In this document: in pieces, positions 1-10,910 of the stretch
Layout: each line of letters starts with the position of its first letter
Position numbering within the stretch: position 1 is the stretch's first letter
Origin: Gammaproteobacteria bacterium
GTDB taxonomy: Bacteria > Pseudomonadota > Gammaproteobacteria > Eutrophobiales > Eutrophobiaceae
Reading direction: 5' to 3'
Assembly: GCA_965221695.1 (NCBI GenBank)
Contig: OZ244905.1
Location: forward strand, 3,104,001 to 3,168,000
DNA: 64,000 bases
Notes under the pieces: generated by a model
Database searches by the model: none
Seen by the model: the letters and a program-made list of their open reading frames with translations, nothing else
What the model was told of the DNA's origin: nothing
Program-made: the position numbers and the translations under genes

Positions 1-1284
1 ACTATCCCGGTTGATGCTCGCGTACCAGCTACGGGCGTAGGCGGCCTCCTTGGCGCGGTACTCTTTGGTGGCCCTGAGCGGGCTCAACCCGCCTGCGCGT
101 TCCACCAGTTTCATTTTGTTGTCTTCGTAACGGTACATCGCATTGATGGAAAAACCGTAATCCGGCGCAACCAGGCTGTAGCAGGTATTGTGATACAACA
201 TCGGCCCCGGATCGCGATCGCGTAACAGCGACACGACCGCAAAACTGCATACCTTGGCCTGGCTGTTGGCGGAGGTCGCCGATTTCGGCATTCCACCGCT
301 CAGGCAACTGTCGCCGAGGATGTGGATATCCGGCGCCAGCGTCGATGCAAACGTTTGCAGGTCGACCGGACACCAGCCGCTCTCATCGGCAAGCCCGTGA
401 TCGACAGCCAACCGGCCTGCCTGCTGAAACGGGATGACGTTGGCCACATCCACCTTGAACTCACCTGCTTCGGCCTGCAGGCTCATGTGTTTGGGGTCCA
501 CGCCGATGACCAGGCCGCCCGCGGATATCGGGATATGTTCAATCATGCCGGGGTAAAGCGTCTCCCAGGCTTCCTCGAACAGGTCGTGCTTGGAGAACGT
601 TTCATTGGCATCCAGGATCAGTACTTTGGCGCGCGGGTTGTTGCGCTTGAGGTAATGGGCCACCAGGCTGGCGCGCTCGTAAGGGCCGGGCGGGCAGCGA
701 AACGGCGTGCCCGGGACCGCAATGGCAAATACGCCGCCGTCCCGCATCCCGGCCAGTTGTTTCCGCAACAGCTTGAGCTGGTCTGCTCCGTGCCAGGCGT
801 GAGGCATGCTCAAACTGGCTGCCTTGTCATAGCCGGCAAAGAATTCACTCCAAAGAAAACTGATCCCGGGCGAGATTACCAGCCGGCGGTAGGGCAGGGT
901 GGCGCCATCTGCAAGTGTGACGGTATGTTTTTCAGGATCAATCGCGCTTGCCCTGGCGTGGATGATGTTGACGCCGTACTGTTTCTCCAGGTTGCCATAC
1001 CCCAGGGAGATGGATGACATTTCCTGCAGGTCGCTGAGTACGGCGTTGCTGAACGGGCAGGTGAAATAGCGCGTATCGGCCTCGATCAGGGTCACGTCGA
1101 TATCCGGGTCCAGGTGGCGTATGTACCGGGCGCAGGTCGCGCCGCCATAACCGCCGCCAATGACGACGACCCGGGGCGCGCCCTTGCTGGGCGGGCGGGA
1201 GCAGGCGGGCAGTAATCCACCGCCGAGGGTTGCCGCGCTCGCCGTCAGGGTGTTGGCAAGAAAGTGGCGCCGGGTTAATGGCAT
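1..1284 (-). CDS. fccB: Flavocytochrome c sulfide dehydrogenase flavoprotein subunit (partial, runs off the left edge)
   Basis: Hand translation from ATG 1284: MPLTRRHFL (Tat motif), VVVIGGGYGGATCARY (FAD binding), CPFSN, RCPPGPYERASLVA, GWCPVD. No stop in the window, so absent from the ORF track. Confidence 0.88.
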   Translation of the reverse strand, partial: MPLTRRHFLANTLTASAATLGGGLLPACSRPPSKGAPRVVVIGGGYGGATCARYIRHLDPDIDVTLIEADTRYFTCPFSNAVLSDLQEMSSISLGYGNLEKQYGVNIIHARASAIDPEKHTVTLADGATLPYRRLVISPGISFLWSEFFAGYDKAASLSMPHAWHGADQLKLLRKQLAGMRDGGVFAIAVPGTPFRCPPGPYERASLVAHYLKRNNPRAKVLILDANETFSKHDLFEEAWETLYPGMIEHIPISAGGLVIGVDPKHMSLQAEAGEFKVDVANVIPFQQAGRLAVDHGLADESGWCPVDLQTFASTLAPDIHILGDSCLSGGMPKSATSANSQAKVCSFAVVSLLRDRDPGPMLYHNTCYSLVAPDYGFSINAMYRYEDNKMKLVERAGGLSPLRATKEYRAKEAAYARSWYASINRDS

Positions 1285-1285
1285 T

Positions 1286-1630
1286 TCAGCGTTCCTCCCG
1301 GCCCAGCAACGCGCTGATACGGTCGATTTCCGCATCAGTCAGGGCCTTGCTGATACGATTCATAATGGTTACCTGTTCCCTGTCGGTTTTGTAGGAGACC
1401 AACAGCTCTTTTACCTTAGCCTCAGACAGTCCCTGGAGCGACGGGATACCGTCGTCGCCTGCCGCGCTTGCACCGTGGCAGGTATAGCAGGTTGCAATGA
1501 TCAGGTCAAAATAGGCGCTGTCGCTGTCGGGCGCCTGTTCCTCCCCCGCGCTTGCCGGATTCCAGGCAGCCAGGGTTTGCAGGAGCAGGATCACCAAGGT
1601 AAATTTATTTGACCTATAGGCAACGCGCAT
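1286..1630 (-). CDS. fccA: Monoheme cytochrome c subunit of flavocytochrome c
   Basis: C-terminal 114 aa of ORF 1286..1987: signal peptide, single CYTCH heme motif, TIMNRI axial Met; ends 1 bp from the fccB start. Confidence 0.8.
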   Translation of the reverse strand: MRVAYRSNKFTLVILLLQTLAAWNPASAGEEQAPDSDSAYFDLIIATCYTCHGASAAGDDGIPSLQGLSEAKVKELLVSYKTDREQVTIMNRISKALTDAEIDRISALLGREER

Positions 1631-1659
1631 CGCAACAGGATAACAGGAATCCTGTAACT

Positions 1660-3243
1660 CTACACTACGGTAAGTTCGTCCAACAGCGGTCCGCTGATAC
1701 AGATCACGCCGGGCCTGGGCAGTGCCGTGCCGCCATCGGGCCAGTGACTGTTCGGCGCGTCCGTAGAGGAGGCGTTTTCGCCCGGGTGTTGCACCGACAG
1801 GAACAGGGTGCGCCCGTCCCGACTGAAAGTGGGACCGGTCAGTTCCGCCCCGTTCGGGGCTGAAGCGACCTGCACGGGTATGCCCGCATCGGCGCCTGAC
1901 ATGGCAATGTAAAACAGGCCATTGTTTTTGAACGGCGCGTAAACCAGCCCATTGAGATCGTGGGATGAAATGTCCGTACACATCCACAGGTTGCCGCGCG
2001 GGTCGAAGGCCAGGTTGTCCGGGCAGGCAAAGCCGTTTTTACTGCCGCCGGCCAGGAAGGCGCTGGCAGTGAACGCTTCTGCGGACGGATCGTTATCCTT
2101 TTCCACCAGTTTCAGGATGGAACCATACGGGCGCAGCGGGTGCTTGGTCAGCGCGATCAGCACCGCGCCTGTGTGCGGGTCGATCCCGATATCTTCGGGA
2201 CGGTCCTGGGGGGTTGCGCCAACGAGCTTTGCCGCTTCGCGGGTGCGGATCAGCAGTTCTGTCTCTGTTTTGAACGCCTGTTGCAGACGTTTGTCCCGGC
2301 GCCTTGCCAGCGGCAGCCAGCGGCCCCGGTCCGTATCGGCGGCGTACAGCACACCGTGCGCCAGCGAACCGGGTTCTGCGCCGACAAACTTGTAGATGTG
2401 CTCATCGGTCTTGTCGTCTCCCATGTAGACCACCGGCCTGCCGTCCGGCGCCAGGGTCACGGTCGCACCCTCGTGGGCAAACCGTCCCAGCGCAGTGAGC
2501 TTGTTTGCGATGCCCGTGAACGGATCGATTTCGACCACCCAGCCGTAGTGTTCGGGGGGATAGTCGAGATGGCGTTCCCAGCCGAGCAGACTGTCTTTAT
2601 CATGAATGCGCATGCCGTCCTCGAACCTGACGTCGCCGTAGAAGAAGTGGAAGTTCTCTTCACAACTGAGCGCCGTCTGCCACGGCGTCACGCCGCCGGC
2701 GCAGTTGCCCAGGGTGCCGATGGCTTCACGCGCGCCGGCAATGGCTGCCGGAGAAATGAACGGTATGCGCGTGGTGGCGTCGATACGCCGGTTAAATCGA
2801 TCATCCTGCAGCAGGCGCCAGCGTCCGTTAGTGTTGCGGATACGGACGATGCTGCCACCGACTTCCCGCATCTCCCGGTCGATGTCCGACCTGGATTTGC
2901 CGGCCGGGTCACGCGGCGTGGAGAAATAAGCCGACAGCACTTCCTCGTGGTTCACCCATAACAGGCCGTCATCGGGATTGCCGTCTATCGGAAAGAAGGC
3001 GGTATAGTCGTTATTGAAACCGAAGCGGTCTCCTTTGCCGTTTAGCCTGTCCGGCCAGGAAACCAGGATTTCGTATTCCAGTCCTTCGGCCAGCGCCACC
3101 TCATCGTCCGTGCCGGGTGGTATGCCGGCCAGCGTCGAAGCGCTGCGGCGGTCTGAGCAGGACAGAACCGGCACAGCGACAGTGGCCGCGCCCACCGTTC
3201 TTCCCATGAAGCTCAGGAATTCACGGCGGGACCACTGTTTCAT
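1660..3243 (-). CDS. phoX: PhoX-family alkaline phosphatase (Tat-exported)
   Basis: SRREFL Tat motif, VNHE, NCAGG.TPW.T.LSCEEN, LGRFAHE, PDN, ELTGP, VQHPGE motifs. Confidence 0.9.
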   Translation of the reverse strand: MKQWSRREFLSFMGRTVGAATVAVPVLSCSDRRSASTLAGIPPGTDDEVALAEGLEYEILVSWPDRLNGKGDRFGFNNDYTAFFPIDGNPDDGLLWVNHEEVLSAYFSTPRDPAGKSRSDIDREMREVGGSIVRIRNTNGRWRLLQDDRFNRRIDATTRIPFISPAAIAGAREAIGTLGNCAGGVTPWQTALSCEENFHFFYGDVRFEDGMRIHDKDSLLGWERHLDYPPEHYGWVVEIDPFTGIANKLTALGRFAHEGATVTLAPDGRPVVYMGDDKTDEHIYKFVGAEPGSLAHGVLYAADTDRGRWLPLARRRDKRLQQAFKTETELLIRTREAAKLVGATPQDRPEDIGIDPHTGAVLIALTKHPLRPYGSILKLVEKDNDPSAEAFTASAFLAGGSKNGFACPDNLAFDPRGNLWMCTDISSHDLNGLVYAPFKNNGLFYIAMSGADAGIPVQVASAPNGAELTGPTFSRDGRTLFLSVQHPGENASSTDAPNSHWPDGGTALPRPGVICISGPLLDELTVV

Positions 3244-4298
3244 GAAGACCGCGTGCGGCGCTCCCTGGCGGCTGCTGCGAGTTCACCGATCAACGCTTCG
3301 GAATCGTCCCAGCCCAGGCAAGCATCGGTGATGCTCTGGCCGTAAACAAGTTGCTGACCCGCCTCCGCGTCCTGGCGGCCTTCCTGCAGGTGGCTTTCGA
3401 TCATCACACCGAAGATCCTGCCGTCGCCGTCGCGCAACTGACTGCAGATGTCGGCGCCTACCTGCAGTTGATTTTTAGGTTGTTTCCGGCTGTTCGCGTG
3501 GCTGAAATCCACCATCACGCGCACCGGGAGTTTTGCCGCGGTCAACTCGGCCGCGGCGGAGTCGATACTCCAACGGTCAAAGTTGGGCCGTTTACCGCCA
3601 CGCAGTATGATGTGGCAGGCATCGTTGCCGCTGGTGGTATAGATCGCCGACGTGCCTTCCTTACGCATGGACAGGAAGTGGTGCGGGACTCTTGCGGCGC
3701 CGATTGCGTCCACGGCAATCTTCACCGAGCCATCCGTCCCGTTCTTGAACCCGACCGGACAGGACAGCCCCGAGGCCAGTTCCCGGTGCACCTGGCTCTC
3801 CGTGGTGCGCGCGCCGATGGCGCCCCAGCTTACCAGGTCGGTAACGTATTGGGGGGTGATGATGTCGAGAAACTCGGTGCCTGCCGGGACTCCCATTTCA
3901 TTCAGGTCCAACAGCAGCGAGCGCGCAAGCCGCACCCCCTTGTTGATGTGAAAACTGTTGTCCAGGTCGGGGTCGTTGATCAGGCCTTTCCAACCCACGG
4001 TGGTCCTGGGTTTTTCGAAGTATACGCGCATGACGATGAGCAGGTCGTCGCGGTACTTTTCACTCAAGGTTTTCAGGCGACCGGCGTATTCTCTGGCCGC
4101 GCCGACATCGTGTATCGAACAGGGGCCGGCCACTACCATCAGGCGGTCATCCGCGCCATTCAGCAAGTCGCTAATCGCCTGCCGGGCTTGCCAGGTGGTC
4201 TCGGCTGCGGCCTCACTGATGGGGATCTCCTCACAGATCTCCACGGGTGGGGTAACAGCCTTGATGGAGGCGATGCGTAAGTCGTCGGTTGCGTGCAT
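3240..4298 (-). CDS. aroG: Class I DAHP synthase (3-deoxy-7-phosphoheptulonate synthase)
   Basis: GPCSIHD, RVYFEKPRTTVGWKG, IGARTTESQVHRELASG, DFSHANS; isozyme identity uncertain. Confidence 0.93.
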   Translation of the reverse strand: MHATDDLRIASIKAVTPPVEICEEIPISEAAAETTWQARQAISDLLNGADDRLMVVAGPCSIHDVGAAREYAGRLKTLSEKYRDDLLIVMRVYFEKPRTTVGWKGLINDPDLDNSFHINKGVRLARSLLLDLNEMGVPAGTEFLDIITPQYVTDLVSWGAIGARTTESQVHRELASGLSCPVGFKNGTDGSVKIAVDAIGAARVPHHFLSMRKEGTSAIYTTSGNDACHIILRGGKRPNFDRWSIDSAAAELTAAKLPVRVMVDFSHANSRKQPKNQLQVGADICSQLRDGDGRIFGVMIESHLQEGRQDAEAGQQLVYGQSITDACLGWDDSEALIGELAAAARERRTRSS

Positions 4299-4304
4299 CG
4301 CGAC

Positions 4305-5186
<882 letters not shown>

Positions 5187-5229
5187 GCTAACGGCGCAAC
5201 CTGCGTCTTTTTCTTGGGGATTTTAATCC

Positions 5230-5871
5230 ATGGCCGATGACTTTTCAGCCCTGCGGCAGGAATATCGCCACGTACCGCTGCTTGAGCGGGACGCAAACGC
5301 AGACCCCATAGCACAGTTCCGCGACTGGTTCGGGCAGGCTGTCGATTACCGCGTGCCGCTGCCCAATGCAATGGCGCTGGCAACGGCGACCCGGGACGGC
5401 AAACCCAGCCTGCGGTTTGTGCTGTTAAAGGATATCAGCGAACAGGGGTTTTCATTTTACACTCATTCAGTCAGCGCCAAGGGCAGGCAAATCGCGGACA
5501 ACCCGGATGTCGCCCTGGTGTTTTACTGGAGTCCGATGCACCGCCAGGTGCGGGTGGAAGGCAGGGCGCACCTGCTGTCGGATGAGGAGGCTGACGCTTA
5601 TTTCAACACCCGGCCTCAGGACAGCCGTGTTGCGGTCTGGGTCGCTGACCAGAGCGCTGAGGTGGAGAGCCGGGAGTTCCTTGAGAGCAGGATGGCCGAG
5701 ATGGCGCTACGGTACCCGGACGAGGATGTCCCCCGCCCCGCAACCTGGGTCGGTTACCGGGTCGTTCCCGAGCGCATCGAATTCTGGCAGGGCAGGGAAA
5801 GTCGCCTGCATGACCGGTTGTTGTACACCAGGGAGGGCACAGGCTGGAAGATCGTCAGGCTCGCGCCTTGA
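5230..5871 (+). CDS. pdxH: Pyridoxine/pyridoxamine 5'-phosphate oxidase
   Basis: LRQEY, PNAMALAT, RFVLLK, EFWQGRESRLHDR, RLAP. Confidence 0.95.
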   Translation: MADDFSALRQEYRHVPLLERDANADPIAQFRDWFGQAVDYRVPLPNAMALATATRDGKPSLRFVLLKDISEQGFSFYTHSVSAKGRQIADNPDVALVFYWSPMHRQVRVEGRAHLLSDEEADAYFNTRPQDSRVAVWVADQSAEVESREFLESRMAEMALRYPDEDVPRPATWVGYRVVPERIEFWQGRESRLHDRLLYTREGTGWKIVRLAP

Positions 5872-5954
5872 AAGTTGTTGAGGTTTGCCGCGCGTGGCTT
5901 AACCCGGATTTCGTCTGATCCGGCAAGTGGCGGGTTAGGTGCAGCCGAGGTATC

Positions 5955-6031
5955 TGGTGGGCCCGGTAGGACTTGAACCTACGACCAATGGATTATGAGT
6001 CCACTGCTCTAACCAACTGAGCTACAGGCCC
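5955..6031 (-). tRNA. tRNA-Ile2 (CAT anticodon, lysidine-type)
   Basis: Reverse complement GGGCCTGTAGCTCAGTTGGTTAGAGCAGTGGACTCATAATCCATTGGTCGTAGGTTCAAGTCCTACCGGGCCCACCA; 77-nt cloverleaf directly downstream of rpoD, the usual ileX position. Confidence 0.9.
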
Positions 6032-6041
6032 ATGTAATTCG

Positions 6042-7883
6042 TTATGAACTGCCCTCGATAAACGTCCGCAACTGCTCGGAACGGCTAGGGTGGCGCAGTT
6101 TCCGCAACGCCTTGGCCTCTATCTGGCGGATACGTTCGCGGGTTACATCGAACTGTTTGCCCACCTCTTCCAGCGTGTGATCGGTATTCATCTCAATGCC
6201 GAAACGCATGCGCAACACCTTGGCCTCCCTGGATGTCAACCCGTTCAGCGATTCCCGCATGGTCTGCCGCAAACCCTCGAAACTGGCATATTCGGACGGC
6301 GCCTGGGTGTTCAGGTCTTCGATGAAGTCGCCCAGGTGGGAATCATCATCATCACCTATCGGTGTCTCCATGGAGATGGGTTCCTTCGCGATCTTCAGCA
6401 CCTTGCGTATCTTCTCTTCGGGCATGTCCATTTTTTCCGCCAGTTCCTCGGGCGTGGGCTCCCGGCCCTGCTCTTGCAGAATCTGTCGCGAGATGCGGTT
6501 CAGTTTATTGATGGTCTCGATCATGTGCACCGGAATACGGATGGTCCTGGCCTGATCCGCAATGGAACGGGTAATGGCCTGGCGGATCCACCAGGTTGCA
6601 TACGTGGAAAACTTGTACCCGCGCCGGTATTCGAACTTGTCCACCGCTTTCATGAGGCCGATATTGCCTTCTTGTATCAGGTCGAGAAACAGCAGCCCGC
6701 GATTGGTGTACTTTTTCGCAATGGAAATAACCAAGCGCAGGTTGGCCTCCACCATTTCCTTTTTTGCCTTGCCCATTTTTGCCTCTCCGATGGATATCTT
6801 CTTGTTGACTTCCTTGATTTCAGCAATGGAAAGCAGGTTGTCTTTCAGCGCTTCGACCAGTTTCTGCTGTATTTTGATCACCGCGTCGTTCACTTCCACC
6901 AGAGCTTTTGAATAGGTGGCGCCGGCATTAATCTGCTCCGTGATCCAAGCGGTATTTCTTTCGTTGTCGCGAAAAGAAGCGATAAAGTCTTTGCGGGGCA
7001 TATTTGCGGTCTTGACGCAAAGGCGCATAATCTCGCGTTCCGAACCCCGGATCAGTTCAAGCGCGCTCCGGACATTGGCGGTCAGGGCAGCAATAAATTT
7101 GGGCGCCAGGCGTATCCGTATGAATTTTTCCGTGATGTTGGTCTGAATGGCGGTTGTCTTATCGTGCTCTTTCCCATAACGTTTAATGGATGCCACCAGT
7201 TTCTTGTACAGTTTGTCAAGCTCGGTAATGGCCTTGCGCACTTCTCCCAGATCCACGCTGTCATCCGTGTCGGAATCACTGCCTTCGTCATCATCGCTTT
7301 TCCGGCTTGCTTGTTTCTTGGACTTGGGCGGCAAGCCGCCATCCGGGTACTCATCATGAACATTGAATCCGAGAATGACATCACTCAGTTTCAGTTCCCG
7401 ATTCTGAACACTATGGTATGCGTCCAGCAGCATATCGATGGTTCCGGGGTATAACGACAGCGCATACAGCGCCTGGTTCATGCCGCCTTCAATGCGTTTG
7501 GCAATCTTTATTTCTCCTTGGCGCGTGAGTAGGTCCACCGTGCCCATTTCCCGCATGTACATGCGCACCGGGTCCGTTGTCCTGCCAAATTCGTTTTCAA
7601 CATTGACCAGCGACGCATTTGCATCGTTTGATGAATCAGTATTGTTTGGGATTAATTGATCAAGATCCGGCGGGAATTCATGGACTTCGATTCCCATATC
7701 GGTGATCATGTTGATGATATCTTCTATCTGTTCCGGGTCTACAATCTCCTCCGGCAGGTGTTCAGTCACCTCATGATAAGTGATAAAGCCTTGTTCCTTT
7801 CCCTTTGCAATTAAAAGTTTTAATTGCGATTCATCATCATCGTGGTCCAGTTCGTGTTCTTCAAGCGTTTCAATTTCCGACAT
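6042..7883 (-). CDS. rpoD: RNA polymerase sigma factor RpoD
   Basis: Region 1.1, [44 protein letters not shown]. Confidence 0.98.
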   Translation of the reverse strand: MSEIETLEEHELDHDDDESQLKLLIAKGKEQGFITYHEVTEHLPEEIVDPEQIEDIINMITDMGIEVHEFPPDLDQLIPNNTDSSNDANASLVNVENEFGRTTDPVRMYMREMGTVDLLTRQGEIKIAKRIEGGMNQALYALSLYPGTIDMLLDAYHSVQNRELKLSDVILGFNVHDEYPDGGLPPKSKKQASRKSDDDEGSDSDTDDSVDLGEVRKAITELDKLYKKLVASIKRYGKEHDKTTAIQTNITEKFIRIRLAPKFIAALTANVRSALELIRGSEREIMRLCVKTANMPRKDFIASFRDNERNTAWITEQINAGATYSKALVEVNDAVIKIQQKLVEALKDNLLSIAEIKEVNKKISIGEAKMGKAKKEMVEANLRLVISIAKKYTNRGLLFLDLIQEGNIGLMKAVDKFEYRRGYKFSTYATWWIRQAITRSIADQARTIRIPVHMIETINKLNRISRQILQEQGREPTPEELAEKMDMPEEKIRKVLKIAKEPISMETPIGDDDDSHLGDFIEDLNTQAPSEYASFEGLRQTMRESLNGLTSREAKVLRMRFGIEMNTDHTLEEVGKQFDVTRERIRQIEAKALRKLRHPSRSEQLRTFIEGSS

Positions 7884-7907
7884 AAGCGTAAGAATCCGGT
7901 TATTAAG

Positions 7908-7934
7908 GGAAACTCTGACTCAATCAGAGGTTCC
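7908..7934. repeat. 27-bp palindromic micro-element (IS5-like ends)
   Basis: GGAAACTCTGACTCAATCAGAGGTTCC, about 25 bp upstream of the rpoD start. Confidence 0.8.
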
Positions 7935-8018
7935 TTAGTAGAAAATTTACCTGCCAAACAAAAAAGTAACGAACCATCTGATTTAATCGCTGATGGGCCC
8001 GTTAAAACCAAAACCTCT

Positions 8019-8027
8019 ATTATAGCA
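8019..8027 (-). promoter_or_regulatory. Extended -10 promoter upstream of rpoD
   Basis: Minus strand reads TGCTATAAT (TGn-TATAAT) in the AT-rich dnaG-rpoD spacer. Confidence 0.55.
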
Positions 8028-8056
8028 TATAAAATTAAACAAGCCCTTAATTTAAG

Positions 8057-8207
8057 GGAAGCTCTGAACAAGTCCATCCTGGACTTGCCAGAGCGCGCAA
8101 AACAAAAATGCGATTTTTGTTTTGCTTACAAATTCAATGACTTATTGTCATTAAATTTGGCGACACATCCCTGTGCCGCAGTAACCTCTGACTTAATCAG
8201 AGGTTCC
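8057..8207. mobile_element. 151-bp MITE-like five-hairpin element, copy 1
   Basis: Ends GGAAGCTCTGAACAAG and CTTAATCAGAGGTTCC, flanked by TAAG on both sides; ungapped homologue at 25574..25724. Confidence 0.85.
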
Positions 8208-9959
8208 TAAGGTCTTATTTTTGTCATTTGAGTAATGCCGGCGCAGTTGCGTTTTGGCTTCCTCGGAAAGTTTGCTGGGGGGGGCGCGTGCGATGTCTCG
8301 GATGGACTGTCTGGCTTTGATTGCTTTCAGCTTTTCCACCCGGTCGACAAATTCACGCTCCAGGTCGAAAGTTTCGTCCTCCGGCAGGCTAGGAGCGGAG
8401 GCCAGTTCATTCAGGCGTGTTTCATAGCGGCCGCCGCGCCAGTGTTCCAGTATGCCGGCGCAGGTGATTTCCGGATTTGAGTGAATCAGTGAGACAAGCT
8501 CCCGTACAAAATCGGCGCCGGGGACGGCCAGGTCGGAAAGCTGTTCGGGATCTTCCACCAGCATCGCTAACCCCGGTTTATTCAGGATATACGCGATCAG
8601 GGCGCTGATATCGCCTGTTTTTTCCCGTTGCTGCGCAAGGCGGGGTTTGCCGCCGCGCCGCGCTGCGCCCGAGCGGTAATCCTGCAACAGTTTGAGTAAC
8701 CCGTCCATGTCGATTTGCGCTATCTCAGCAGCTTCTTGGAGCATTAACTGGCGCAGGCCGCTGCCGGGCATTTTGGCAAGGTGGGGCAAGATCATATCCA
8801 GGAATGTCGCTCTGTCTTCTCTTGTGGCAACCCCGGTCCTGGCTTGGATTGAAGCCAGCAGGAAATCGGATAAAGGCGCGGTTCTTTCTTCAGAACAGAA
8901 CTTTTCGGCTCCGTGTTGCCTGATAAAGCTGTCGGGATCGTGTCCCTCAGGCATGAAGTTGAATAAAGCCTGACGGCCCTCGCGTAACTGAGGGATCGCG
9001 ATCTCCAGGGCTCTCCACGCTGCTTTTTTGCCGGCTTCGTCGCCATCGAAACAAAAAATAAGCCGGCTGGTAACGCGGTACAATTTCTCCAGATGGCGCT
9101 CGGTAACAGCAGTCCCAAGGGTGGCTACTGTGTTTTTAATGCCGTGTTGGGCCAGCGCGACGACATCCATATAGCCTTCCACCACATACAGTGATTCCGG
9201 CTGTTTCCTGTTGTCGAGCGCCTGGTACAAGCCGTACAATTCACGACTCTTATGGAACAGGGGTGTTTCCGGGGAATTAAGATATTTTGGCGTATCCTCA
9301 CCTAGCACTCGCCCGCCGAAACCGATTACCCGCCCTCTTTGATCGCGGATCGGGAACATAATGCGGTCGCGAAAGCGGTCGTAATAACCTTCGTTGGAGC
9401 CGCGTGCGATCAGTCCTGCTTCAAGCAGACGAGCCTTAGCCCCGTCGGACCCGCCCAGAGCATTCAAGAGTCGTTGCCATCCCGGCGGAGCATAGCCGAT
9501 CTCATAATCCTCTATGACTGCGCCGCTGATGCCGCGCGCCTTCAGGTAGTCCGCGGCTCTGCCTTTGTCCTCTTGCAACTGCTTTCGGTAGAGCCGCGTG
9601 GCCTGTTGCAGCAACTCATACAACTCGTCGTGCGACCTTGTCGCGGGTAGGTAGCCCGCCTCGCGCGGGATTTCCAGGCTATAGCGCCCGGCAAGTTCTT
9701 CGATGGCCTCGACAAAACCCAGCCTGTTAAACTCCATGACAAAGCCGATTACGGTGCCGCTGGCGCCGCAACCAAAACAGTGGTAGAACTGCTTGTCCTG
9801 GCTTACCGTAAATGAGGGTGTTTTCTCCTCATGAAACGGGCACAGGGCCTGGTGGTTTTTACCGGCCTTGCGCAACGGGACATAGCTGTCTATGACCTCG
9901 ACGATATCGGCCCGGGCGAGTAAGTCATCGATGAAAGCTTGTGGTATTTTGCCCGCCAT
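8193..9959 (-). CDS. dnaG: DNA primase
   Basis: CPFHEEKTPSF zinc finger, KYLNSPET, VVEGYMDV, DGDEAG, DPD; probable start MAGKIPQ at 9959. Confidence 0.97.
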   Translation of the reverse strand: MAGKIPQAFIDDLLARADIVEVIDSYVPLRKAGKNHQALCPFHEEKTPSFTVSQDKQFYHCFGCGASGTVIGFVMEFNRLGFVEAIEELAGRYSLEIPREAGYLPATRSHDELYELLQQATRLYRKQLQEDKGRAADYLKARGISGAVIEDYEIGYAPPGWQRLLNALGGSDGAKARLLEAGLIARGSNEGYYDRFRDRIMFPIRDQRGRVIGFGGRVLGEDTPKYLNSPETPLFHKSRELYGLYQALDNRKQPESLYVVEGYMDVVALAQHGIKNTVATLGTAVTERHLEKLYRVTSRLIFCFDGDEAGKKAAWRALEIAIPQLREGRQALFNFMPEGHDPDSFIRQHGAEKFCSEERTAPLSDFLLASIQARTGVATREDRATFLDMILPHLAKMPGSGLRQLMLQEAAEIAQIDMDGLLKLLQDYRSGAARRGGKPRLAQQREKTGDISALIAYILNKPGLAMLVEDPEQLSDLAVPGADFVRELVSLIHSNPEITCAGILEHWRGGRYETRLNELASAPSLPEDETFDLEREFVDRVEKLKAIKARQSIRDIARAPPSKLSEEAKTQLRRHYSNDKNKTLGTSD

Positions 9960-10062
9960 CGTTTTCACCCGAGTTATAACGTGTGAGAAGAGACAGCCCC
10001 ACTGGCGTCGGCCCTTCGGGCGGGATGACGTCAGGATTGTCTGATGGCTGTGCCAGGATATA

Positions 10063-10512
10063 CTACGGACTCAGCCGGGCTTTTACCACCGCGCTGACCT
10101 GGCCCATATCCGCGCGCCCTTGCAATGCAGGCTTCAATTGCCCCATGACCTTGCCCATATCTTTCATGTTGGCGGCGCCGGTAGCTGCAATAATCTCATC
10201 AATCCTGTCATTGATTTCCGCGGCGTCCAAGGGTCGGGGCAGATATCCCTGGATAATATCGAGTTCGAACTGTTCTTTTTCAACCAGGTCCACGCGACCC
10301 GCAGCAGTATATTGTTCGATGGAATCCCGATGCTGTTTTGCCATTTTATTCAGCACAGCGACAACCTGAGCGTCATTGAGGCTGATGCGTTCATCCACCT
10401 CACGTTGTTTCACGGCCGCGGTGACAAGTCTTAATGCGGCCAGGCGCTGCTTTTCCTTGCTGCGCATCGCAGTCTTGACGTCTTCGTTGATCCGGTGTTT
10501 GAGATCGCTCAT
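10063..10512 (-). CDS. GatB/YqeY domain protein
   Basis: LKHRINEDVKTAMRSK, KDMGKVMG; usual position between rpsU and dnaG. Confidence 0.9.
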   Translation of the reverse strand: MSDLKHRINEDVKTAMRSKEKQRLAALRLVTAAVKQREVDERISLNDAQVVAVLNKMAKQHRDSIEQYTAAGRVDLVEKEQFELDIIQGYLPRPLDAAEINDRIDEIIAATGAANMKDMGKVMGQLKPALQGRADMGQVSAVVKARLSP

Positions 10513-10539
10513 GGGAAGGCAGGCAAGCAGGAGTGACGC

Positions 10540-10755
10540 TCAGTACTTTCTGAACTGGCGCGGACCCATTCTCCCCTGGCGTTTCTGGTGGCGTTTTACC
10601 GCTGCGGCAGCTTTTCTTTTTCTCATTTGCGTGGGTTTTTCATAAAATTCACGCCGGTGGACTTCAGCGAGAACTCCGGCTTTTTCACAAGCGCGCTTGA
10701 AGCGGCGCAATGCGAAATCAAACGGCTCGTTTTCTCTTACTTTGACACTAGGCAT
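10540..10755 (-). CDS. rpsU: 30S ribosomal protein S21
   Basis: [29 protein letters not shown]. Confidence 0.97.
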   Translation of the reverse strand: MPSVKVRENEPFDFALRRFKRACEKAGVLAEVHRREFYEKPTQMRKRKAAAAVKRHQKRQGRMGPRQFRKY

Positions 10756-10910
10756 AGAGTAAGTTGATCCTGTTGGTTGTTGGAATACTCCGAATCAAAA
10801 TAACCGGAAAATCCCTTGTTGCAAGGAACCAAACATACTACCAGATACTGCGCAAAATACCAAAGTATTCTTTCGCTTGCGGTAGAATATGGCAAACAGT
10901 GAGTAATTGA

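Noticed and set aside
360-430. Possible frameshift in fccB, since it is absent from the ORF track
   Set aside because: Hand translation through this stretch is continuous (NVIPFQQAGRLAVDHGLADESGWCPVD); the ORF simply lacks a stop within the window.
5955-6031. Calling this CAT tRNA an elongator Met
   Set aside because: The sequence and the position after rpoD fit tRNA-Ile2 better, though this was not tested with a model.
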